A DNA stretch of 64,000 bases, from assembly GCA_015233675.1 (NCBI GenBank), contig JADFXH010000001.1:209138-273137 (forward strand). Reading direction: 5' to 3'. Of this stretch, positions 36,914 to 46,466 are shown in pieces. The notes under the pieces are model-generated. The model was given only the letters and a program-made list of their open reading frames with translations, searched no databases and was not told the origin of the DNA. The translations under genes and the position numbers were made by a program. Every line of letters begins with the position of its first letter. Position 1 is the stretch's first letter. The DNA comes from Candidatus Omnitrophota bacterium. GTDB lineage: Bacteria; Omnitrophota; Gorgyraeia; Zapsychrales; Fredricksoniimonadaceae.

Positions 36914-38686
36914 TTAAAACGTGTTATACGGCTGCTGAATGATGCGTAATAATTCCTTTGCCGCTTCTTTTGGCCCGTTGCGCTCCCAGCCCGAAAGCCC
37001 CAGACGGGTACGAATCTGGCCGACAAAAATCCCCGCCTTAAAAAAAGCATGAAAATATTTCTCCGCTAATACTTCATGAACATCTCTATATTGAACGGGA
37101 CCAAAAATGTTGGCGAAATACGAATGGACAATCCCGTTAGAGGTAGTTGTTCCCTTGCTCATAACTGTGCCATCTCTAAAAATCTTGATTGCCATCTCAG
37201 GGGTTGTTAACCTATCGATAATAGGATGGTCCTCATCAATATCTTCATAATTATTGGCATATAAAATGAAATCAATTTTATGGCCTTTGATCAAATTATT
37301 GAATGTGGTCACAGGCAGAATAATACGCGCATTGACCTGATTAGCGTTCATGATAATGGCACGGTCAATCTGCCCCAAGGCATACCCAGGCTGCAGGTCA
37401 TCCAAGCGCAAAAAAGCCCCTGTTTCCGTACCACAGCCGATGATCTTCCCATCCGATGATATGCTCAAGGACCCCATGTCGTCTGCAATAATCACTATAT
37501 CCTGTATGTATTCATCACCCAAAGCACGAAACGCTTCCAATGTTTCTGATTTGCCCGCCCCTGTATCCCCCATAAATAAAAAAGTGAAGTCTTTATTGCC
37601 CTTAAGGACCACCCTCACCAGGGCCCCATGAAAAGGCAGATACCCCATCTTCATCATCTTGATATTGTGCAGTGTCAGGATCATTTTTTTCAAATAACCG
37701 AAATACCCGAAATCGTCATGTCCCGGGACCGCTCCTACTAAAATGTCATTCCCTTCATCATCATAAAAAACCGTAGGCATTTTAGCCAAATGGTCCAATA
37801 CCGCACCCGGAACTCCAAAGATATAAACGGCATCAGGCTTACGTTCCAGGTCCTCGTCATCCGCCATTTCAAACAAATTGCATAAAGAAAGCCCAAGCTC
37901 GAAAAATTTCTTATGAAAATAAACCAACATCACAAGCGGCCCCACCTTGGCAGGGTAACAAAGCCATTCATTCTTCTGTAAATCAGCCAACTCAATAGGA
38001 TTTTGACCGATGCGCTCGAACTTCCCGGAGCGCTTGTTCATAGGAGTATTCAATATCAACGGCGGATAAAGAAGCACTTGACGGATAATAGGAATCCCCT
38101 GCAATTTTTCATAAATACCGCAAGGGAGATTCATGATTCGATTGGAAACGATCACCCCAACCTCCGCACCGGCAATGACCTGACGATAAATACGCGGATG
38201 CTGCTTGGTCAAATTCTCCGCAATATCACGATAGGTACTGCGGATCAAATGGCTAAGCGGTTCGACCACATCGTTAAAAGTACGGTACGGCCTTTGGTCC
38301 AGATCACGTCCTGCCGAGTCACAAACGATGAAACGCTCAAGGGACCGCCAATAGTTATAAAAATATTCAATAAAATCGTTCAACAAGTGTTTATCACGTA
38401 AAAGCACTTCAGAACCGGGAACAAGCGCAGGCAAAAGATCTGCGGAATTCTTAGACAAAAACTTAAATGCTTTAATCAGAAGCTCTATGTCATTCTTGTC
38501 TCTTGGACTAGACGGTAAAAAAATATTCAAAAGTATCGAATTCTTGTGATTAAGTTCCGCCACACAGTCGGTCAATATCCTTTTGAATAGTTCGCTGTTA
38601 AGAACGTCTTCAGTGGAAAAACACACCTTATCATTAAAATGAATGACCACCTTATTACCATAAATATCAAAATAAGAATTGTTCAT
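36914..38686 (-). CDS. PEP-carboxykinase/HPr-kinase-like P-loop protein
   Basis: YFGYLKK, PFHGA, GDTGAGKSE, IIADD, GTETGAF, NAR. Confidence 0.72.
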   Translation of the reverse strand: MNNSYFDIYGNKVVIHFNDKVCFSTEDVLNSELFKRILTDCVAELNHKNSILLNIFLPSSPRDKNDIELLIKAFKFLSKNSADLLPALVPGSEVLLRDKHLLNDFIEYFYNYWRSLERFIVCDSAGRDLDQRPYRTFNDVVEPLSHLIRSTYRDIAENLTKQHPRIYRQVIAGAEVGVIVSNRIMNLPCGIYEKLQGIPIIRQVLLYPPLILNTPMNKRSGKFERIGQNPIELADLQKNEWLCYPAKVGPLVMLVYFHKKFFELGLSLCNLFEMADDEDLERKPDAVYIFGVPGAVLDHLAKMPTVFYDDEGNDILVGAVPGHDDFGYFGYLKKMILTLHNIKMMKMGYLPFHGALVRVVLKGNKDFTFLFMGDTGAGKSETLEAFRALGDEYIQDIVIIADDMGSLSISSDGKIIGCGTETGAFLRLDDLQPGYALGQIDRAIIMNANQVNARIILPVTTFNNLIKGHKIDFILYANNYEDIDEDHPIIDRLTTPEMAIKIFRDGTVMSKGTTTSNGIVHSYFANIFGPVQYRDVHEVLAEKYFHAFFKAGIFVGQIRTRLGLSGWERNGPKEAAKELLRIIQQPYNTF

Positions 38687-38697
38687 ACAACGATCCC

Positions 38698-40068
38698 TTA
38701 CCTTATTTGGGGAAGACTATCAAGAGCTTCCATAGATTTCACTAACTCGTCTTGTCCTAAGGCGTACCGCTCCAGTTTACCAGAAAGGTATTTCTCGTAC
38801 CCAAGTAAATCCATGAGGCCATGTCCGCTGTAATTAAAAAGAATGACCTTTTCTTTGCCTTCTTCTTTCGCCTTGATGGCTTCATCGATCGTACAGGCAA
38901 TCGCATGGCTCGTTTCCGGGGCACAAATCGTCCCTTCAGTCTTGGCCCAAGTGATGGCCGCTTCATAACACTTCACCTGGTCATACGCCTTAGGCGTCAT
39001 AAGTCCGTCAACAATGGCCTGACTGACTAATGGGGCCATGCCATGATAACGCAGCCCCCCTGCATGGATTGGCACAGGCATAAAATCATGCCCCAAGGTG
39101 AACATTGCCATCAAAGGCGTCATTCCCGCCATATCACCGAAATCATAGGTAAATTTACCGCGCGTCATTTTAGGACAGGACGAAGACTCGACAGGAATGA
39201 TCGTCATTTTAGCGCCATGTATCTTGTCCGAAACAAAAGGAAACGAAATGCCAGCAAAGTTACTGCCTCCTCCGGCACAGCCAATGATCACATCCGGCAA
39301 ATGTTCCCCAGCCAATTTCAATTGTTTCTTGGCTTCCAAACCGATGATGGTCTGATGCAAAAGAACATGGTTGAGAACACTTCCCAGAGAATAACGTGTC
39401 TGCCCCGTTTGGTCCGCCACCGCTTCCTCTATAGCCTCACTGATAGCAACGCCCAAGCTCCCGGGTGTGTCAGGCATTTGGGCCAATACTTTACGTCCAA
39501 AATTTGTTTGCGGGCTCGGGGAAGCCACACACGTTGCCCCCCAGGCATTCATTAAAGTCTTACGCATTGGCTTTTGATCAAACGAAACGCGAACCATATA
39601 AACTTTGCATTCCAGATCCAAAAGATTACATGCAAAAGCCAGGGCACTGCCCCATTGCCCCGCTCCTGTTTCAGTCGTTAATTTCTTAATACCAAACTGC
39701 TTGTTATACCATGCCTGGACTACTGCCGTATTGGACTTATGACTGCCTGCCGGAGAGACACTTTCATCTTTATAATAAATACGGGCAGGAGTTTTTAAAT
39801 AAGTTTCCAGATACTTGGCGCGATGTAACGGTGTCGGCCTCCAACGGGCTAAAATTTCCAAAAGAGGATCGGGAATATCGATCCAACGTTTGTCAGAAAT
39901 CTCCTGTTCGATCAAATTCATGGGAAAAACTTTACTCAGCATCTCAGGAGACATTGGTTTGCCATCAGGGGTCAAAGGAGGCTTTAGGCCATGCGGCAAA
40001 TCCGCGGCTAAATTATACCACTGCCTGGGCATATCTTTTTCTTCCAACAAAATCTTCGTCTTAACCAT
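38698..40068 (-). CDS. trpB: Tryptophan synthase beta-like PLP enzyme (TrpB2)
   Basis: GSHKSNTA, TETGAGQWG, GGGSN, IHAGGLRYHG, SGHG; stand-alone with no trpA. Confidence 0.93.
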   Translation of the reverse strand: MVKTKILLEEKDMPRQWYNLAADLPHGLKPPLTPDGKPMSPEMLSKVFPMNLIEQEISDKRWIDIPDPLLEILARWRPTPLHRAKYLETYLKTPARIYYKDESVSPAGSHKSNTAVVQAWYNKQFGIKKLTTETGAGQWGSALAFACNLLDLECKVYMVRVSFDQKPMRKTLMNAWGATCVASPSPQTNFGRKVLAQMPDTPGSLGVAISEAIEEAVADQTGQTRYSLGSVLNHVLLHQTIIGLEAKKQLKLAGEHLPDVIIGCAGGGSNFAGISFPFVSDKIHGAKMTIIPVESSSCPKMTRGKFTYDFGDMAGMTPLMAMFTLGHDFMPVPIHAGGLRYHGMAPLVSQAIVDGLMTPKAYDQVKCYEAAITWAKTEGTICAPETSHAIACTIDEAIKAKEEGKEKVILFNYSGHGLMDLLGYEKYLSGKLERYALGQDELVKSMEALDSLPQIR

Positions 40069-40214
40069 TTCTTTCTCTCCCTTTAAGCTTTCTAGATTAT
40101 ATATACTACAATACTTTTATTTGTCTTCAATATCATTTTATTCAAGTTGAATGTGTAATTAAAATTATCCTCTGGCCCCTTCAGCGTCACGTAGCGAGTT
40201 TTAATCAGCGGCGT

Positions 40215-41672
40215 TTATCGTTTTAGAAGCACGATACTACCATACCTTTTAATCACCTTCCAATTATCTCTCTTGAAAAACATTTGTATCCTTTTGGAGC
40301 TTGCCTGAGGCCAAAGCTTAAGGGACCGATTTAACCAAGGGTCTTTAAAATCAATCAACGCATAGCGCACCTGATCCGGCAAAACAAAAGACTTGCCCGT
40401 ATTTAATTCATTTGATTTTATCTCTTGTGGATTCTGATAGGATTCATCATAAACTTTATGGAAAGCATATAAATATTCCCGTGAAGACAAGGGAGTCAGA
40501 TAATCAAAGGTAGCTATCACCCCTGTTTGAAAGGGGACAGCTTTAACGAAATCCCAACGCACAGCCTCCAGATGGTCAGGATGATAATTAAGTTTGTAGA
40601 CAAAAGCATCTAAAAAGCAAAATAAAAAAGCTGTTACGGAAAAAATCAATAAAAACAAAATAGCATTAAAGAGCCTTCGACTGAATCTTTTAAAACATAA
40701 ATTTAATGCGCACATCACCGCCATAAATATAAACGGTGTTATAGTTGAACCGTAATGATAATAAATACTATGCTCCGATGGGTTATCAGAAAGCATATGC
40801 TGCAACAAAATGGGAGACGCTAAAAACAAAAACTGCCAGCTGATTAAAACAGGCAAGAGTAACGGGCCAAACAGCGATTTAAAATACTTGACATTCATAC
40901 CCGAAAAAATGGCATGCAGGGCTTTATGCGGTTGGGCAAATAGGTTAAATATTATTTCTCCGATATTTTGGCCTAAGTATTCATAGCGGACAACAAAAGG
41001 ATGATAGGCAAGATGACGGAAATACGGTACCACATAAATAACCAGGGAATAGAACACTCCTGCCCCTAAAAACAAATTAAACCATGCTATTTTAGGAGGA
41101 CATTTTTTACTGAAAATACCATACAAACCATACGCACATACGATCAAGGCCATATTTTCCTTGATCAGCATCAATAAAATCGAAGCTATTAAATAAGCCC
41201 TCCACTGCCGCCTTTGAAAAGCCATAAACATCCAGAATAAAATCGGCGGCGCCAGGCTTTCAGGATTAAACTCATAAAGAACAGAGAAAATATTGGCCGG
41301 AAATGCAAGATATAAAACCATCAAAATAACTGCGGTTTTCTGGCCTAACGATTCATAAGCAATCTTATAAAATAAATAAGCAGAAACAAGATAGGCCATT
41401 AACTTTAATAAAACTAAAGTCAAAGGATGGGGAGCTAAAGCGAAAAAAGGCAGGATTAACAGCGTAATAAAATAGGAATGATCCCCAAAGTAATTTATCC
41501 CTGTGACAGATGTGTATTGGGAACAATGAAGCAATTGCCAACAGGCTTGAGTAAAAAAAGCCAAATCCCAGTCATTGTATCCAAAATGGACATATTTATA
41601 GCATAGTAAAAAACACCAAATAAAAAAAGCAACTGCACATAACCCTATAGGCAAATAACGATCGTTAAGCAT
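40215..41672 (-). CDS. DUF2079 membrane protein (GT-C-like)
   Basis: WDLAFFTQ, FGDHSY, LIKEN, YHYG; many TM segments. Confidence 0.8.
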   Translation of the reverse strand: MLNDRYLPIGLCAVAFFIWCFLLCYKYVHFGYNDWDLAFFTQACWQLLHCSQYTSVTGINYFGDHSYFITLLILPFFALAPHPLTLVLLKLMAYLVSAYLFYKIAYESLGQKTAVILMVLYLAFPANIFSVLYEFNPESLAPPILFWMFMAFQRRQWRAYLIASILLMLIKENMALIVCAYGLYGIFSKKCPPKIAWFNLFLGAGVFYSLVIYVVPYFRHLAYHPFVVRYEYLGQNIGEIIFNLFAQPHKALHAIFSGMNVKYFKSLFGPLLLPVLISWQFLFLASPILLQHMLSDNPSEHSIYYHYGSTITPFIFMAVMCALNLCFKRFSRRLFNAILFLLIFSVTAFLFCFLDAFVYKLNYHPDHLEAVRWDFVKAVPFQTGVIATFDYLTPLSSREYLYAFHKVYDESYQNPQEIKSNELNTGKSFVLPDQVRYALIDFKDPWLNRSLKLWPQASSKRIQMFFKRDNWKVIKRYGSIVLLKR

Positions 41673-41674
41673 TT

Positions 41675-42079
41675 TTATGGCACCTGCTTTCTTGCCAAAA
41701 ACATTCCTGTCAACATAGCTATCACAAAAATAATTGCCTTAAAAAAACCCAAACCTACTCCAACAATAGCAGGTCCCGGACAAAATCCCGCTAACCCCCA
41801 ACCCACTCCAAATATAACTGCTCCCAAAATCAATTGCCTGTCTATCTTATTTCTCTTAGGCAGATCAAAAGTCTCACAAAGTAACGGTTTGGAACTTCCG
41901 ACTAAACGATACCCAACGGCTGAGACGCTTAAGGCGCCCGCCATAACAAAGGCCAAGGTCGGATCAAAATGACCGAATAAATCCAAAAATCCAATGACTT
42001 TTTGAGGGTTTATCATGCCTGAGACGATTAAACCTATTGACATGATAAATCCGCTAATAAATGCTATGATAATCACCAT
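41675..42079 (-). CDS. YeeE/YedE-type (DUF6691) sulfur transporter subunit
   Basis: SGMINPQKVIGFLD, FGVGWGLAGFCPGPA. Confidence 0.92.
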   Translation of the reverse strand: MVIIIAFISGFIMSIGLIVSGMINPQKVIGFLDLFGHFDPTLAFVMAGALSVSAVGYRLVGSSKPLLCETFDLPKRNKIDRQLILGAVIFGVGWGLAGFCPGPAIVGVGLGFFKAIIFVIAMLTGMFLARKQVP

Positions 42080-42080
42080 A

Positions 42081-42494
42081 TCAAACCTTCAAAACTTTCT
42101 TAATGAATACAGTCAAAATACCCGCCGCCATAAAGACGATAGTTGCGGCAATGGAGCGTTTTGATAGCCTTGCTATACCGCAAATCCCATGACCGCTGGT
42201 ACAGCCATTGCCTAAGACCGTTCCAAACCCAACTAAAAACCCCGCAATTATCAGGCTCCATGCCGAAGCATTGATAACTACCACAACAGAAAATCTCATC
42301 TGATAAATTAACCCCCCAAATATAAGCCCCAGAACAAATGCAAGGCACCACCAATAATCTTTATCCGCTTTGAACAGCAGCTTTGAGGTTATCCCGCTGA
42401 CTCCCATAATGCGGCCATTAAACCAATACAAAATTACCGCTGCAAGGCCGATCAACATCCCCCCTATCAAACCATGGATATAAGATATATTCAT
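42081..42494 (-). CDS. YeeE/YedE-family sulfur transporter subunit
   Basis: GRIMGVSGI, GNGCTSGHGICG..RLSKRS. Confidence 0.92.
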   Translation of the reverse strand: MNISYIHGLIGGMLIGLAAVILYWFNGRIMGVSGITSKLLFKADKDYWWCLAFVLGLIFGGLIYQMRFSVVVVINASAWSLIIAGFLVGFGTVLGNGCTSGHGICGIARLSKRSIAATIVFMAAGILTVFIKKVLKV

Positions 42495-42495
42495 A

Positions 42496-44139
42496 TCAAA
42501 TCCCCCGGCTTGCTTTATAAGTTTGGTAACCGCCGGATAAGTTACGGCATTTAAAACCATGCTGTGTCAAAATCCGGCAAGCTAAGTAACCCCGTAAACC
42601 GCCCTGACAATACACAATGTACTCTTTATCTTTTGAAAGCTGATTTACCCTGTCCCTTAAATCATCAATGGGGATATTTACCGCGCCGGGGACCATCCCC
42701 GCTTGAGTTTCTTTCGGCGATCTTACATCCAAAATGATTTTTTCAGGACCTGTATTTGTTGTGTCATCGCTATGGCATATCATTACATCGCCCCTAAGCA
42801 TATTGGATGCTGCAAACCCTAAAAAATTCACCGGATCTTTGGCAGAGCCATAAGGAGGGGCATAACATAATTCCAGATGCTCCAGATCATATACTGTCAT
42901 CCCGGCCCGCAGAGCAACAGCCAGCACATCAATCCGCTTATCCACCCCTTCCCTACCCACCGCCTGCGCGCCTAATATCTTTCCACTCTTGGGGTCAAAA
43001 AGCAATTTCATGCTCATTGGGGCTGCGCCAGGATAATAACCGGCATGATTGTTAGCATGAATATAAATTTTTTCATAAACCAAATTCATTCTTTTTAAAA
43101 TTTTTTCATTCACGCCCGTCAAACCGATTGTCAAATCAAATAGCTTGCAAATAGCTGTGCCCTGTGTCTTTTTATAAACGGAATTACGCCCGAAAATATT
43201 ATCCGCAGCAATCCTGCCCTGCCTGTTGGCCGGGCCGGCCAAAGGTATCAATACTTTTGTCCTTGTTACAAATTCATCGACTTCAATAGCATCCCCTACG
43301 GCAAATATAGCGGGATCATTGGTACTCATTTGTTCATTAACGGCAATACCCCCCCGTTGGCCGATTTCAAGCCCTGCTTCCTTCGCCAAACTAATTTCAG
43401 GTTTAACCCCAATAGCCAGAATGACCAAATCACAATCCATATTCTGCCCATCGCTAAGCTCTGCCACCACACCTTGGCCTGCCTGATAAAAACCCTTAAC
43501 AGAAACGCCAAATTTCACTTCAACACCCTGTTTTTTCAGCTCTTGATGCAAATAATAAGCCATTTCCGGGTCGGCAGGGCCCATGACCTGATCGGAAAGC
43601 TCAATGATTACAACCTCTAGCCCTCGTTCACGCAATGCTTCAGCCATTTCCAAACCAATATATCCGCCTCCCACAACAATTACTTTTTTTGTCTTGTTTA
43701 GATCCACTGTAGACTTAATCCGGTCCATATCGGATAAATTACGGAGCGTCATCACTTGCGGCAAATCCAACCCCGGCATAATAGGTTTAATGGGCTCAGC
43801 TCCGGGACTTAAAACCAAATAGTCATAGGGCTCTGTGGATTCTTTCCCATTTATTAAATCTTTTACAATTAAATTTTTTTGAGCCCGGTCGATCTTAATA
43901 GCTTCGGTCTTAACATAAACTTTGATGCGCAAACGCCTGTTCAAAGCCTCGGGGGTCTGGACTATAAGTTTTTCTCTCTCCTTAATAACGCCGCCAATAT
44001 GATACGGCAAGCCGCAATTGGCAAAGGATACATGCTCGCCCCTTTCAAAAATGACAATCTCCGCATCTTCAGACAACCTCCTTGCCCGTGCCGCTGCCGA
44101 AGCTCCCCCTGCAACGCCTCCGATAATCAATATGCGCAT
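42496..44139 (-). CDS. CoA-disulfide reductase with C-terminal rhodanese domain
   Basis: GGVAGG, SFANCGLPY, GGGYIG, ELCYAPPY, DVRS...YCQGGLRG. Confidence 0.94.
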   Translation of the reverse strand: MRILIIGGVAGGASAAARARRLSEDAEIVIFERGEHVSFANCGLPYHIGGVIKEREKLIVQTPEALNRRLRIKVYVKTEAIKIDRAQKNLIVKDLINGKESTEPYDYLVLSPGAEPIKPIMPGLDLPQVMTLRNLSDMDRIKSTVDLNKTKKVIVVGGGYIGLEMAEALRERGLEVVIIELSDQVMGPADPEMAYYLHQELKKQGVEVKFGVSVKGFYQAGQGVVAELSDGQNMDCDLVILAIGVKPEISLAKEAGLEIGQRGGIAVNEQMSTNDPAIFAVGDAIEVDEFVTRTKVLIPLAGPANRQGRIAADNIFGRNSVYKKTQGTAICKLFDLTIGLTGVNEKILKRMNLVYEKIYIHANNHAGYYPGAAPMSMKLLFDPKSGKILGAQAVGREGVDKRIDVLAVALRAGMTVYDLEHLELCYAPPYGSAKDPVNFLGFAASNMLRGDVMICHSDDTTNTGPEKIILDVRSPKETQAGMVPGAVNIPIDDLRDRVNQLSKDKEYIVYCQGGLRGYLACRILTQHGFKCRNLSGGYQTYKASRGI

Positions 44140-44149
44140 ATAAATTCCT

Positions 44150-44224
44150 TTGATTAGGTCGGGCCAACGCCCTTCCATAACATTCCATTAAGCTGTTCCA
44201 TTGATTAGGTCGGGCCAACGCCCT
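44150..44224. repeat. 24-bp perfect direct repeat x2
   Basis: TTGATTAGGTCGGGCCAACGCCCT at 44150-44173 and 44201-44224 with a 27-nt spacer. Confidence 0.92.
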
Positions 44225-44301
44225 CTAAAGCCCCCGATAAGGTTCTGTTGTGCCAAAAGGCCCAATTGCTTCGACCTCGTAAACGAGCGACATTGCGGGC
44301 C

Positions 44302-44523
44302 CTAAATTAATCCATGATATCGCTCTGATCCGCCATTGACCGCTTTCAAAAAAGCTGGGAACTTCCGGGAAGGAACAGTCATTTCCGTGACCTTTTCGTT
44401 GGTCACATCCTCAAAAATCATCGTCATTCCCCGCTTACCGTCATCATCCGTAAAATGCTTAACGTACACGCTATAATGCGATCCCAAATAATCCCATTCG
44501 ACCAAATCTTGCAATTTAGCCAT
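44302..44523 (-). CDS. Small hypothetical protein (possible PUR/PC4-like fold)
   Basis: 73 aa, GGAAGG SD, directly downstream of the SUI1 gene. Confidence 0.65.
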   Translation of the reverse strand: MAKLQDLVEWDYLGSHYSVYVKHFTDDDGKRGMTMIFEDVTNEKVTEMTVPSRKFPAFLKAVNGGSERYHGLI

Positions 44524-44535
44524 AAAATCCTTCCT

Positions 44536-44892
44536 TTAATTGTTGTTCTTTCTAAAGTATTGTGCCACAACTTCTTTATGATCTCCCTGAAGCTCAACAA
44601 CGCCCCCATCCTCCGCCAAATAAAATGTCCCTCCAGTCCCTGTTTTAACTTTCAATTCTTTTGCCAAATTCTTTAAATACTCCTCACTATGCGGCAATGC
44701 CCCAATGAGCGTCACCACCTTGCCCCTGCGTCCTGATTTGTCCAGACGAATACTTGGTTTTATCAACTGCGATTTTGGTTTGGCGCCTTCAAAGAACGGG
44801 CAATCACATTGGGCCACTAATTTCTTGCACCGAGGACAAAGGGCCTTGCCTTTTGAATCTTTGGGATAAACGAAATCGGGGATGTCAATCAT
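44536..44892 (-). CDS. yciH: Translation initiation factor SUI1-like (YciH)
   Basis: CPRC..CDC, GRRGKVVTLI, LKVKTGTGGT, VELQGDH. Confidence 0.92.
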   Translation of the reverse strand: MIDIPDFVYPKDSKGKALCPRCKKLVAQCDCPFFEGAKPKSQLIKPSIRLDKSGRRGKVVTLIGALPHSEEYLKNLAKELKVKTGTGGTFYLAEDGGVVELQGDHKEVVAQYFRKNNN

Positions 44893-45069
44893 GACAAGGT
44901 CATTTCCAATCTATTGAGCTTGATCTCATACACACCAGGAGTTTGTGTTTCGTATTCAGTGATAGAGTTACTCATGGATCAATCTTTCCATATCCGCAGT
45001 ATTATAGCTTCAGGATTCTGTAGGGGGAACAAAAAGCGAATAAAAGTGGTGCCGGTTGGACAATAAAAA

Positions 45070-45807
45070 TTATTTAAAGACTTCCTTCAATAAACTTGTA
45101 ATTCTTGCAGCCGGTTGAGTCCTTATTTTTGTCTCTTCCTGCCCCAAAATCAAAAAAAGCCCATTTAAAGCCTTATCAAGCACATACTGCTCAACATCAG
45201 GAATCGGCACATTATGGGAAAATGGTAATGAACGATACTTACCAATGACATCATTATATTTAGCTGTTACATCATATTGAGCTAATGATTTCCTAATAAA
45301 GGGCAAAAATGCATCACGAAGCTGGTGCGAGGTTTTCTCTTTAAGAAATTCCGTAGCCGCGGTATTGCCCCCATTGTATATTCTCATAGCGTCATCAAAA
45401 GACAAGCCTACTATTGAATTGATGAAAATATCCCTGGCTTGAGGGGCAGAGGCTTCAGCTGCACGATTCATGCTTAAAATAAAATCATCGACAGTCTTGC
45501 CTAAACCAACCATCCTTAGGCCTTTATCTAACATCTGAAGCTTTTCAGGCAAAGGGATCTTAATCTCTTCATTCTTAAAAAAACCATCTGTTTTAGCTGT
45601 TAATTTAATCGCATTATCAATGCCAACCTTTAGCGCCTCCTTGAGGCCATCACCAATTTTAGTTTGACTTAGAGGAGTTTGCTTTAAACTCTCAATGTTC
45701 GAACTTTGTAATTTATTAAATTGGTCCTGCATCCAACCTGCAAAAGCCACATGAGTATAAGAAATAAAACTTAATATAATCATCCCAATGATTATTAGAC
45801 TATTCAT
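45070..45807 (-). CDS. DUF4197 exported protein
   Basis: GLKEAL, SMNRAAE, ALNGLF...EETKIRTQPAAR...LLKEVF. Confidence 0.92.
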   Translation of the reverse strand: MNSLIIIGMIILSFISYTHVAFAGWMQDQFNKLQSSNIESLKQTPLSQTKIGDGLKEALKVGIDNAIKLTAKTDGFFKNEEIKIPLPEKLQMLDKGLRMVGLGKTVDDFILSMNRAAEASAPQARDIFINSIVGLSFDDAMRIYNGGNTAATEFLKEKTSHQLRDAFLPFIRKSLAQYDVTAKYNDVIGKYRSLPFSHNVPIPDVEQYVLDKALNGLFLILGQEETKIRTQPAARITSLLKEVFK

Positions 45808-45833
45808 ATATTCATCTCCCAAAACTGAACTAA

Positions 45834-46343
45834 TTATTCTTTAGGATAAACTGTAATTTTATCCCCGGTGATCTTGGCATTAGGAACAATCACACGTTTA
45901 TTGTCCTTAGTTATAAGAATGGTGTTAAATATCTGGATCTCGGTGACCGTTCCTTCGGCGCCACCGGCTTCAATATAATCTTCCAAACGAAACGGCCGGA
46001 ATAAGATCATCATCACTCCCGAGGCAAAGTTGGAGAGCGACCCTTGAAGAGCCAAACCGACAGCCAAACCGGCGGCTCCAACGATGGCTAAAAAAGAACT
46101 GGTCTCAACGCCAAGCTTGTTAAGGGCAGCTATTGACACAAAGGTCAGGATCGTAAAAAATACGATGTGCTTTCCGAAAATAGCCAGAGTCTTTTCAACT
46201 TTTGATTTCAGAAAGAAATTTTCTAATAAATTAGAAACGATCTTTGCAACCCACCTGCCGATCACAAAAATAAGGATGGCCGCAAAGAAATTAAAACCGT
46301 ACTGGATCACATATCCATAAATTTTGTCTATGTGCTCTTGCAT
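45834..46343 (-). CDS. mscS: Small-conductance mechanosensitive channel, short form
   Basis: GAAGLAVGLALQGSLSNFASG, RPF, VPN; ends before the C-terminal domain. Confidence 0.88.
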   Translation of the reverse strand: MQEHIDKIYGYVIQYGFNFFAAILIFVIGRWVAKIVSNLLENFFLKSKVEKTLAIFGKHIVFFTILTFVSIAALNKLGVETSSFLAIVGAAGLAVGLALQGSLSNFASGVMMILFRPFRLEDYIEAGGAEGTVTEIQIFNTILITKDNKRVIVPNAKITGDKITVYPKE

Positions 46344-46466
46344 ATTGCCCTCCCATTTAATTCCCAAACGGTTTTTAAAGCAGCTTTAGCATTTTTTAAT
46401 GCTCCTGTTGCAGCCCGCAAAATATCCTCATGCCAGGTAAAATGCAAATTCCCGCTCTTCATTAAG

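Noticed and set aside
44150-44224. CRISPR array
   Set aside because: Only two repeats, a low-complexity spacer, no leader and no cas genes in the window; kept as a plain direct repeat.
44889-44975. 28-aa ORF MSNSITEYETQTPGVYEIKLNRLEMTLS overlapping the yciH start
   Set aside because: May be a gene remnant but is too short to support.
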